DNA from: Ostrea edulis
Taxonomy: Eukaryota
DNA: 64,000 bases
Reading direction: 5' to 3'
NCBI RefSeq assembly: GCF_947568905.1
Contig: NC_079164.1
Coordinates: forward strand, 36,766,001 to 36,830,000
The position numbers and the translations under genes are program-made. Shown one piece after another: positions 21,401 to 33,900 of this stretch (position 1 is its first letter; each line of letters opens with the position of its first letter). Under the pieces are notes generated by a model. That model did not search any database and was not told where the DNA came from. It worked only from the letters and a program-made list of their open reading frames with translations.

Positions 21401-24400
21401 AATATCATTTGGAAACTGTATATCTTCCGTTGATACTCCGTGAAGGTGTGTGTGTGAACATATCTATACTGTCTTTGTTTTAAAGACTATGACACTTGAT
21501 TTATTTACATCTTATCTTAAATGTCCGTAATTCTTCATGCTTTTATCCCTTTTCTTTATTTCTTGTGTAGGATAAATAAGAATGCTTTGATAAGCATTGC
21601 AGATCTGCTTTCGTTTCCGCCATTTTGTTCAACTTTAACATAATGCGTTCATATAAATTTAGGTTCGTATTCAACATTCGTACATAAAACAAAAAATAAC
21701 AAATCATCGTTTTTCTTAAGTCAGATCTCTACTACACGATACAAAACACAATTTAATAAATCCCATCCCAAAACAAACCAACAAAACGACGACACAAAAC
21801 GCACACGATATCCATCACTTGCACACTTTTTTCACCAACGATTAACACAGAGAACAAACGCAATCCACTTTTAAAAAATAATGCACTAATATTAAGATCA
21901 CATAACTCTAAATGATGGCACTAAAATTACGTGCACATCAAAAAAAGATATCAAGGGATTTTAAAATGTTCACTGAGCTAAATGCCTTACACGAATCGGC
22001 CGATAACACTGGGCAGTTTGATCGGCGTATTTATGGACGAAATCTTAACAACACCCAAACTATTATGTCAAAATAACTGACAATTGTTTTAATTGAACAC
22101 TACCTTTTCTCACCTAAGTATGTCCAAGCCTTTATTCAAGCTGTTTCAACTGTGATACGATAAATTTTGTCCTACATGCTATCCGTAAATAGAGTTTTAA
22201 TATCGAAAGCAATCACACGATGCTAAACATGCATATGGTTGAGAAATTATTATTTCTTTGATCATCAAAATATGAAAAATGAAGAAAATTTTATTGGGTA
22301 CAATTTCTAAATAAACATCATTTAATTGCTTATCACTGGCTTCGATACAGGGTATTCACCTGTGTTGATGTCACTAGATCTATCAAAGCGTGATCAGTCA
22401 AGCGTCTCTAATCCCCTAACAGACCAGGAAATTTAAGTGGTGACTGCCTGCTGGGGCAGCCAAGGTGTGAATGGCTTATTATTTTGATAATCACTGTTGA
22501 ATAATTAGGGGTTTATTATGTTTTTGTCGGAATTTTTACAACGTAATACCGAGTCCCGGCGTCTTGGGACAACGTAATAACGAGGTCTATTTTATATAGG
22601 TTTGTTAAGAAATGGTTTTGTGCTTTGAAATTCCAACGTAATATGCGGACTAATGTAATAAAGGGGGAACGTAATAACGGGGTTCCACTGTATAACTGTT
22701 TTACTGTAATATGATTGGGCAGCAGGCAAACCTGTCTTCCTCTTAGTACTTTTCTAGTTCTGAACACACCTGTTTTACATTAATATGTCTTTTTGGAGTG
22801 TTGAAATGAAAATTTTGCAGTTGATGAATGTTTTCTATTACAGTTGGAGCTGTACGAAGTGTCTGTTCACCCTGATGCTCTGGAACTCGTAGACAAAGCA
22901 TTACAGGAGTGGAACATTGAACCTGTACCTCCAGTAAGTCAAAGTTATCAATATTCATACCTCCAGTAGGTCAAACTTATCAATATTCATACCTCCAGTA
23001 GGTCAAACTTATCAATAATCATACCTCCAGTAGGTCAAACTTATTAATATTCATACCTCCAGTAGGTCAAAGTTATTCATACCTCCAGTAGGTCAAAATT
23101 ATCAATATTCATACCTCCAGTAGGTCAAACTTATTAATATTCATACCTCCAGAAGGTCAAACATATTAATATTCACACCTCCAGTAGATCAGAATTATCA
23201 ATATTCATACCTCCAGTAGGTCAAAATTAAGAAATATTCATGTTGCCTGTAGGTTAAAATAGATTAAAGATTAATTAATATTTATAGCTCAGATACATTG
23301 TAGGTCAAAATTAATATACATATCTGTAGTAGGTCAAAATAAGTTTTTGTCTCAAGTAGGTCAAAGTTTGTATACTCTGTATTTTTTGAATTTTCAGATA
23401 AAGTCAGTCATTTGAATTCAAATTCAATTTATCAGGAGTGTGATTTTTCTTCTTTTCAGAGGAAATCCTCAGATTCACTCAATTTTCAAAAAAATGAAAC
23501 GTTCTGGATTTGATCTAAAGTGACAGAAAATGATATTTTCCTCCCCTTTTGACCAGTTTTCCTCCAATTTCTGAGGAATTCAGTCACATCCCTTTTTATT
23601 CACTCAAACACTAGATACAGGTACTGTACAATGGTACAATAGTACTTCTTTAAGTTAAGTACAATGTATGTATAACTGTCAAAGATATAGTAAAGAAAAG
23701 AGTGTGTAAAACATTATGTCTACCGGAATGGACTTTTACATAATTGAATGAAGAAAAAAATCCCAGCTCAAGACGTCTTTGATTGTAGTTCCACAGGGTG
23801 ACCGTAACACATATACAGTGAGCAAGCTGACCGTAACACGTTACACGGCAACATGCTACCTATATTTTGTTATTTTACCTGTAGGAAGTAAGTGATATCA
23901 AACTTTGTAGGTGTTAATGATTAAATAAATACTTATTATCCTTCAGAATAATACAGTCAATTTCACTGGTTGAGGACTGGTCATGTGAAGGGAGACAATT
24001 TGTGATGTCTCCCTCATGTGCAGGTTGACTACTGTGTTGTCTCCCTTTAGAGAATAAATTTTGATGGCACAAGGGAGATATAAAAATATTCCCATTCTAA
24101 TTCATATTTCACTTGATGTTTACGTTCTTGTTTTGAAATCCATTACGAAATGTTTACACTTGATGTTATGTTTTGCGTCATTCTACTGTGAAGTCGCAAT
24201 TGAAAACTTTCGCTCGTTTAACTTTCTCAAACCTCAGTTTTAATAAATGCATAACATTGATTGTAAAACAAACTATTGCATGTAGTTGAGGGTAACATTG
24301 ATTTCACCCCTCAAAAACTATTAAAAATTTATCAGAATTTTCTGTAGAAAAAGTTGTTACAAATTTGTTAATGTTTTAAATTAAGAAAATTAGTATGGTA

Positions 24401-27400
24401 CAAGTCAGAAGATGTTTGATATCTGTTGTAATGTTCACATTCTTCAGGGTAATGAAATTATTATGGAATATTTAGCAGGGAGACATCCCAAATTATCACC
24501 CTCGGGGTGATAACCCTGCTAAGACATGATAATTTGTGATGTCTCCCTGCTAAACAGTCCATAATTGTATACTGTTGCGTAGGTGTGAATATCAGGATAA
24601 CTCATGAAAGCTTTAGAGCTTATTTCAAGAGAAATCTGCATCAGGGATTTTCAGCCATTACAACTAACTTGTCTTAGATAATTTCCATAGAAGTTCAAAA
24701 TATCAACGTCTTGTTTTATTGCTTACTTTTATACTTCCAGGGCGCTGACCCTAGTCAACCACACTCTCTCGTCACACGAACCACCCTAGAGGAGTTTGAA
24801 CCCCAGCCGAAGAGGAACAGTTCGGGAGTGGTGCCCTGGTCCCCACCCCAAGCCAACTGGAACCCTTGGTCTGCATGCAACATTGATGAAGGACCACTAG
24901 CCACAGTATGAAAACTAATGCTATCTAACCCTGTAGTACAATGTAAACTGGTGTGATCATTATAAGAACAGAAATTTAATGCAATATTGTAACATGTGTG
25001 ACAGAACATTTTTTTGTCACCAGCCTGACTGTTTACATTCATATTCTTGACTTCTTCAGAACCACTCTATCCGGTTCACTGAAACAAAGCTCCCTTTTGT
25101 GTAGAGAAAATGAAGCAGAAGGGATATGCTTCTTCCAGAAGGAAATGCTATTATTTAAATTTGAATTTTAAGATGATCATGTGAATAGAGTTGGGTCATA
25201 AAAAAATCTATGGAAGCACTATAGGCAAAAAAACCAACATTATGTAGTGTATATTCAAATTTGTTCAAACCATGGGTCATAACAAGGGTGAAAAATGTCC
25301 ACAACTTACATATAATAAATTTAACACATGGATGATAAAAAGGGCGAAGATAACGAACAGTGTTCAGTCTCATAAATCCCATAAAGAATGCATATTTAAG
25401 AGGAGGACAAATCCGGAGCCCGCTTGTTTACAGCGACGTTGTGTGTTTGTACCTTGCATTCTCTTTTTTTCTGCTGTAGGCCACCATGCCTCAGATCAGT
25501 GAGGATTTATACAACAACCAGGAACAGGCTAGGGAGCATAATGAGAACCTGAAAGCGGTAATGTGGAGTTCTTCAAATCATCTTCTAAGTTTTCAAAAAA
25601 GGCAGATTCAGATATTTTTTTTCTTAGAATAAAATTTAAAGACATTTTTTTGGTTTTTCAGATGATGGAAGACCGTGCTAAACTGCCGGTCTATCAATCT
25701 CATGACCACATACTTCAAATAATCGAAGAAAGTCCTGTTACATTAATCCGTGGAGAAACAGGGTGCGGGAAAACGACGCAGGTAAGTCAATGTCTGCATG
25801 AAAGGTATTCATTTTATATTACAGTAAATCTCACTTATAGCGAAATGCTGGGGATGAACAATTTTGATTCATTATAAAGGTAATTTGTTATATCCAATAA
25901 GTTTACAGGGAATGAAAATATCTTCGCTGTAAGCATGGATTTATTATAAGCATGTCCACTGTTACTGTGTATTACTGTACACATGTACATGTCCATACCG
26001 TGACAGCTGGAACAATATCCTCTTATAAAATTCAGTTTGGTTAGAATTATGTGGTTTTAGGATTGCAATCATGTTTGAGAGGTACTTGATTTCATGTTTC
26101 ATTATCATAGTTCAATATTTCTTGTTGGTGGAGATTTGAAATTTAATTTCCTAGGAAAATGAGTGACTTTAATGGTTGAGTGTGGTATTTGTAGGTCCCT
26201 CAGTATATACTGGACAAGGCCATTGAAATGGGTGTAGGAGCAGACTGCAGTATAATAATCACTCAACCACGCAGAATCTCAGCTGTTTCCATCGCTGAGC
26301 GTGTTGCTCAGGAGCGAGGGGAGGAGCTCGGAATCAGCACCGGTTACAGTGTGCGATTTGAGTCTATATTCCCAAGATACTATGGATCCATTCTATACTG
26401 CACAGTGGGTAAGGAATTTGATTCAACTGTCCCAATTTTGTAGAAAAATGGATGACACTGTAGTGCTTCCTTTATTTGATTGTAATTTTTATGTCCCCCC
26501 CCCCCCCCCTTTAAAGAAGAGGGGCATTTTGCTTTGCACCTGTCAGTATGTCGGTCGGTTGGTAGACCAGATGTTGTCCACTCAATATTTGTAGAACCAT
26601 TCACTTGATCGTAATGATATTTCTTATGTGGGTTGGTTATGATATGAGTTGAAGAGAACCCTTATTGGATTGACCCTTGACTTGAATTCAATGATTTCAG
26701 GTCAGGCCAAGGGTCAATCCACTATGGACATAGGAAGATACTATCCACTCAATATCTTGAGAACCCTTTCCTTAACAGACATCAAACTTGGTACATTGGT
26801 AGATGACCCCTATTGAATTTAAGGTTACATGGTCAAAGGTCAAACTGGACATAGAAATAGACTGTTCACTCAATCTTCAGAACCCTTTACTTGACAGATA
26901 TCAAATTTGGTACACTGGTACTTCCTAAGAAGTAGATATTCCCTATTGATTTTGAGGTTACATGGTAAAAGGTTAAGGGTCAAACTGGACATAATAATAG
27001 ATTGTCTCCTATATTTTAAGAATCATTTGCTTGATTGACACCAAATTTGGTACACTGGTACATCCTAGGGAGTAGATGACCCCTATTGATTTTTAGGTGA
27101 CATGGTCAAGGGTCAATCCACTCTGAACAAAGGAAGATATTGTCCACTCAATATCTTGAATTGTTTTGGCACTACTATCAATTAAATGATGCATATGTAT
27201 AATCTTTTTCAATTTTGCACCACCGGGGGCATATATGTTTTACAAACATTTCTTGTTTATTTCTTGATTAGGAACTTTATTGAGGAGATTGGAGAATGGA
27301 ATGAGAGGAATCTCGCATGTGATTGTAGATGAAATCCATGAAAGAGACATTAATGTAAGCAAAAAGGAGTTGTTGTGTAAAATAATGTACCTAAATCATA

Positions 27401-29712
27401 TTTTGACATGTATATATTCCAGCATGGTATAAAATTTTAACAGAGCTAATTTTCAATGACAAATCTGATATATATATATATAAATTTTAACAGAGCTATT
27501 GCTTTGCTGTCAGATATTTATATATGAATTTTACCAGATTATTATTTCACTGACAGACTGACTTTCTCTTGGTGTTGTTGAGGGATATGGTACACGCCTA
27601 TCCCCAGCTGAGGGTCATTTTAATGTCTGCTACTGTCGACACTACTCTCTTCACTGAGTACTTTGGCAGTTGCCGGGTGGTAGAGGTGTATGGCCGTACC
27701 CATCCTGTCCAAGGTAAGAAAACTCACTGCATCCTCAGTACAGTAAAACATGGTTACAGCAAACACACTTATAATGTATTCATGCTTACAGTAAAACACA
27801 GTTACAGCAAACACACTTATAATGAATTCACGCTTTATAGAGCAAAGTTATTTTTATTCCTGTACTTTTAAAACATATTACGCATTTATTGGATATAACA
27901 AATTAAGTTTATAATGAATCAAAATTGTCTGTCACCAACACTTAAGAACGGTTTAGCACAAGATAAGCTTTTATATCTTGGGAAGCAGTGATTCTGGGAC
28001 ATATTGTTTAGGTCTGTGTATATAGAGGTCATTTGTATTGTGTGATTTTATATTTGCCTTATGTAGAAAGCTGAAATAGTATACTTACATGTATCAGCGA
28101 GGCCTTGTAGAAGGAATTCAATATGAAATCATACTATCATAGACTTTCTATATATTTCACCACTTTGAATTTTTTCCTGTCTTTATCACCGATTTATCTT
28201 CATGCATGGTTATATCATGTGTTTACTTGTGTGCAACAAGAAGAAGTACTGTAATCCAACAGCTGTTAGATAGAGCTAATAGTTTATCAATGGGCAATAT
28301 ACACCACATATACATGTGTGGAAAAAACCCTGAATTTTGATTAGAAGGGTCTTGATATTTGAAGTACATGCATTCCCTTCCTTACAGTAGTGTAAAAGAC
28401 TTCTCGATCTTAAGCATTATGGCCATGGAGCTTTTGTTACATCCAAACTTCCAAGTGAGATAAGTGAGATGTGAACACAAACTTGTGTAATTTCTTGGAG
28501 AGCTTTAATAGGGCACCTGTTGATGATTTACAGAGTACTACCTGGAAGACTGTATACAAATGGTGGGCTTTATTCCGCCCCCAAGTGACAAAAAGAGGAA
28601 GAAAGACAAGGAAGAAATAGGAGAGGAGGGGGACCAAGAGGTTAGATCTCATTAAAAACATTCCTCTATTGGATAAGGACTAATCTTATGGATTAAAAGA
28701 TGAAATAATCTTACACCTCAACATGTGTAGACACATCGAATGTTTCTGTTTACAGGAAAACTGTAACTTGTTAGTGAACAATGAGTACTCGGAGCAGACA
28801 AGACGTGCCATGGCAATGTTGAATGAAAAAGAGATGTCATTTGAACTGATAGAGGCAAGTTTTTTTTCTCTAACCAATACAATGCAACTTTTAACATGTT
28901 ACAGTATGAATACATAATTATTACAATAGTACTGAAATGAATGATGCAGTACATATTACTATACATTACTATGTGCAGTTTTCAAATGTTGCAACAAAGT
29001 TTGAAGATGTACTTGAATTATTGTCCATTTGTCTTTACATCTGTGGCCAGTTTTCATCGAGAGAAAATGATTATTTTTCCCATAATTTTTCGGAAACATT
29101 TCATGATTTGATAATATTTACATTTCCAACGGTTTTCTCTGTAATAATCCTTTGAAGCTGCTTCAATGTGTTAATTTCCCCATATACACAACTTGCACGC
29201 AAATGAATGATAACAGAGGGAGGGGACTATGGAAATTAACATGGAATCCCATGTGTATTTCAATTTCTCTAGGCAGCAATTTTGATATGTTGATTCTATA
29301 TTTTTCATTTTTATTTCAAGTATAAATATAAGGAATCACTGTCTAGTTTGTTGGGTGTGGGAGGTGACTAATCGAAAATGGGATAATTATGCAAATTATC
29401 ACATTTTCCGTTGTAGTTAATCACCCTCACATACCCAACAAACGACAACAGTAATTCCTTATTACACTTGAGCATTGGAAATTTTCAGATATATTAGTTT
29501 TATATAGCTACTTTATGATATCTTTTGTTAATTCAGTCTTTATTAGTTAAAATTCAACTTTAGAGTTAGGAATTGTGGCTGCTCAAATGGAGGACAACGG
29601 TTATTTATGACATTTAAAAACAAATCGTGTAATGCAGAAATTGAAGGAGAAGTTTACATGTAATATAAAATTTTCGTATACTTGTAACTAAAAGTTGTAT
29701 AAAGTGTCTCAG

Positions 29713-29802
<90 letters not shown>

Positions 29803-30803
29803 TATATACAGTAAAATATCTCTATCTCGAAGTCCGAGGGACCTCTAAAAAACTTCGAGATATCCGGGGGTTCGAGATATCCATAATCGATCTTGGATAT
29901 TTTTTTAAGGAGGATATTTGATGCATAGTATGGGATTCGCATTATAAACAAAAACCCCATTGCCGTTTCTTATAGTTTAATTCAAGTTGATAAATTAATA
30001 TTGTGGAATTTCAAAGACAAACATTTCGTTTTTTTTTTAATATATATAAACATCCAATTGAATTCACAATGTGTTTCAAAATTAAGATGATCGTGCCTGT
30101 ATACTTACTTTAAGTTTACTGATGTCCAGGCTCGACTGGGATGTAGTTTTTGCGTTGTAATGAAAGAACCCATTGTAAGAAACAAAAAAGACGGATTTAA
30201 AAACCAACTTTTAAATGTCTATTAAATAAATTTTCGTGTTTTCTCTGTACTAGTTTTAATGATGAAGCGTGTATTATTAAATGCGTTATCGTTATTAAGA
30301 GCGTCAAGCGTACTTCGACGATTTTGTGCGTTTATCTAACCCACATGTTAATGATAGAGCATGCGTCATTCAAAACACCATACCTGGAATCGGGTGTGTT
30401 AGTTCATAATTGGCGGTGAACTTTAGCCGTAATGTTGGATGGCTTCACTAATCACCTAAGTTGTTGGACTATTTATTGCGACTTGGGTCTGCTCGGAAAA
30501 GCGAGCGTGGATTAGCGGTCATTAATTATAATTGATGTATCCACGGGTGTGAATGTGTGACTTAATGATGCCAGGTATGGTAAGCAGAGCGGAAAATTGA
30601 CTGCATTTCGAGATAAACCAGGTGAATTTAGGGTATGGGACCTTGAAAATACTCCGACATAAGCGGAGTATTCGAGATTACCGTGTTCAAAATATCAGAA
30701 GTTTTTTAAATCATTTATATAGGGAAAACGGCCTGGACCGGCGGTCGACTTCGACTCAAGCGGGGTATTCGAGATAAACCATATTCGAGATACAGATATT
30801 TTA

Positions 30804-30847
<44 letters not shown>

Positions 30848-30929
30848 CTCTAAACACTTTGTTGAATTATTTCGACCGTGTTACCGGTCTTCTTCAGTCG
30901 TGTTTATCTCTCATAGCAACGTAACGCAC

Positions 30930-30966
<37 letters not shown>

Positions 30967-33900
30967 TATTGTAAAAAGGGGGATTCTGGATGTGTAAACT
31001 CAAGTTGATTATGATCAGATCTCTACTCAAGTTCATTTATAATATTTCAAGGTCACTGGGATTCGCAGTACATGTACATGTATAAAAAAAATTCTCATGG
31101 CCATTGCTTTTTGATAAATGAATTGTATAATTTTGAAGAAGTGTCGAAGACCTAGAAAGCCAGTGTGCAAAAAAATGTCAGTTGAATGTACTATTTGAGT
31201 CCATTTTGTATTTCCCCCATATTAGTATATTCCTGCTAAGACAGCTCTAGTTAAAATTCTTATTGACATTTCAGGCCCTTATCCGATACATCAAGACTTT
31301 AAAAATACCTGGAGCTATTTTGATTTTCTTACCTGGATGGAACCTGATATTTGCTTTGCACAGATACTTAGAGACCCACCCAGAGTTTGGTAGGTACAGT
31401 ACTGTACTTGTCATTAATGAATTACCGTCTTCATTATTCAAGAATGACAATCATCTCAAGCGGATCATCACAGTGTCGATGATGATGATCAAACTGTAGA
31501 ATGAGCCTTTGTTGTGTGTTGCTAATTGGGGTACAGTGTTGATGATACAGAAGCCCTATAGCTTTTATTCTGTATCTGTTCATCCAGAAATTTTATGACA
31601 GCTGTTTCTTCTATGGGTAAATTGACTGGGATAAAGTTTTGCACAGAAGCTTTTATCACGTAAGATGAGCATGTTTCCAATGTGACATTTTGGTGTTAAA
31701 GGACTTTGATTGTCAAAATAGTGTACAAATAGTATTTTGTTAGTACATGTAATTTGTTACAAATTTGCTTTCATGGAATCACATGAAACTTTAAAGCAAT
31801 ATAACAAACAATGAGGAGCAGTTGTAGTGGCCTAATGGCCTGGAGGCCCGGGTTCCCAGCACTACATTAAACTTCAGACGTTTAACCTAATGGCCCAGGG
31901 GCTCAAGTTCCCAGCTCTACATTAAACTTCAGACGTTTAACCTAATGGCCCAGGGGCCCGAGTACCCAGCTCTACATTAAACTTCAGACGTTTAACCTAA
32001 TGGCCCGGGGACTCGAGTTCCCAGCTCTACATTAAACTTCAGACATTTAACCTAATGGCTTGGGGGCTCGAATTTCCAGCTCTACATTAAACTTCAGACG
32101 TTTTAACATAGGTAGGGTTCAGTAGGACTTTAATTGCTCGAGTGTTAGCAATTTTACACCATTTGTGTACATATAATACATGTAACTTAAGCATGCTTCA
32201 ACTTTGCAATCATCTTAATTTTTATAACAATATCACAACCAACTCGAATACTGGTACCTATGCTATAATTGTTTTTGAAAATTTAGTTTATGTTTGTCAC
32301 AACGGCTACTGATTTCCAAACTGTATGTAATGAACCCCACATAAAGTCATTTGAAAAAGGTCAAGGTCATTGAGTGACAAGGTCTGAAATTCATGAATTA
32401 CTAGGATGACCACTGCTACAATGTAACACTTTCGGGGACACTTGCTATCTGATCAGTTGAACTGGTCAGTTCTCTAGTATGAATGGTAATAGTGATACTG
32501 TGTTAATGCCTTCCTGTCTTTCATAAAGGTGGCCCTATGTACAGAGCTTTGCCCCTTCACTCTCAGATTCCCCGTGAAGACCAACGAAAAGTGTTTGAAC
32601 CAGTCCCAGATGGAGTCACAAAGGTAAGATTCTAAATGTTTGAACCAGTCACAAAGGTAAGATACAGGATGTTTGAACCAGTCCCAGTGAAAGTCACAAA
32701 GGTAAGATACTAGGTGTTTGAACCAGTCACAAAGGTAAGATACTGGATGTTTGAACCAGTCACAAAGGTAAGATACTAGGTGTTTGAACCAGTCACAAAG
32801 GTAAGATTCTAAATGTTTGAACCAGTCACAAAGGTAAGATACTGGATGTTTGAACCAGTCACAAAGGTAAGATTCTAAATGTTTGAACCAGTCACAGAGG
32901 TAAGATACTGGATGTTTGAACCAGTCACAAAGGTAAGATTCTGGATGTTTGAACCAGTCCAAGAGGTAGTCACAAAGAATAGATAATGGGTGTTTGAACC
33001 AGTTCCGTAAGGCATCATAAAGGTAAAGTAATGAGTGTTTGACTGAATGAGTCCTGAAGGTAAGGTACTGGATGTTTGAACCATTGTATGACATGATGAT
33101 GTTGAGGAGATATGTGAAGTTAAGAATGTTATATAGTATCACTTGATTAGAATACTTTTCTTTTTGTTGGATACCAGTTACTTAGACTACTTTTCTGTTT
33201 TGTTGGATACCACTTATTATACCCCCCGCAACAAGTTGTGGGGGGGGGGGGGGGGGGGTATACTGGAATCGGGTTATCCGTCTGTCTGTAGATGCAATGG
33301 TTTCCGGACTCTAAAGCATTATCCTTTCCACCTACTGTCACCATATCATATATATGGACTACCCATGGGATGAAGATGTTCCCTATCTATTTTGGGGTCA
33401 AAGGTCAAGCGCACTGGACATCGAAGTAGCAATATGGTTTCCGGGCTCTAAAGCGTTATCCTTTCCACCTACAGTCACCATATCTTACATATGGACTACC
33501 CATGGGATGAAGATGTTGCCTATTGATTTTTGGGTCCAAAGGTCAAGCACACTGGACATCGAAGTAGCAATATGGTTTCCGGGCTCTAAAGCGTTATCCT
33601 TTCCACCTACAGTCACCATATCATACATATGGACTACCCATGGGATGAAGATGTTCCCTATCGATTTTGGGGTCAAAAGGTCAAAGGTCACACGCACTGG
33701 ACATCGAAGTAGCAATATGGTTCGGTTTGTCATGCCATTTGTTTTTTACACTCAGAAAAGAGGTAGTTTATACCTATTACCAACACCCTTTGGGAGATTG
33801 GGGTAAGCGGGAGGTATTCTTAGTGAGCATTGCTCACAGTACCTCTTGTTTAGACTACTTTTCTGTATTGTTGGATATCGGGTGATTTATTGTTTTAGAG

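Larger units (their letters stand above)
28855..31274 (+). other. GC-AG intron of DHX9
   Basis: GAG|GCAAGT donor; splicing gives [14 protein letters not shown], colinear with the conserved DHX9 FELIEALLKYI segment. Confidence 0.9.
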
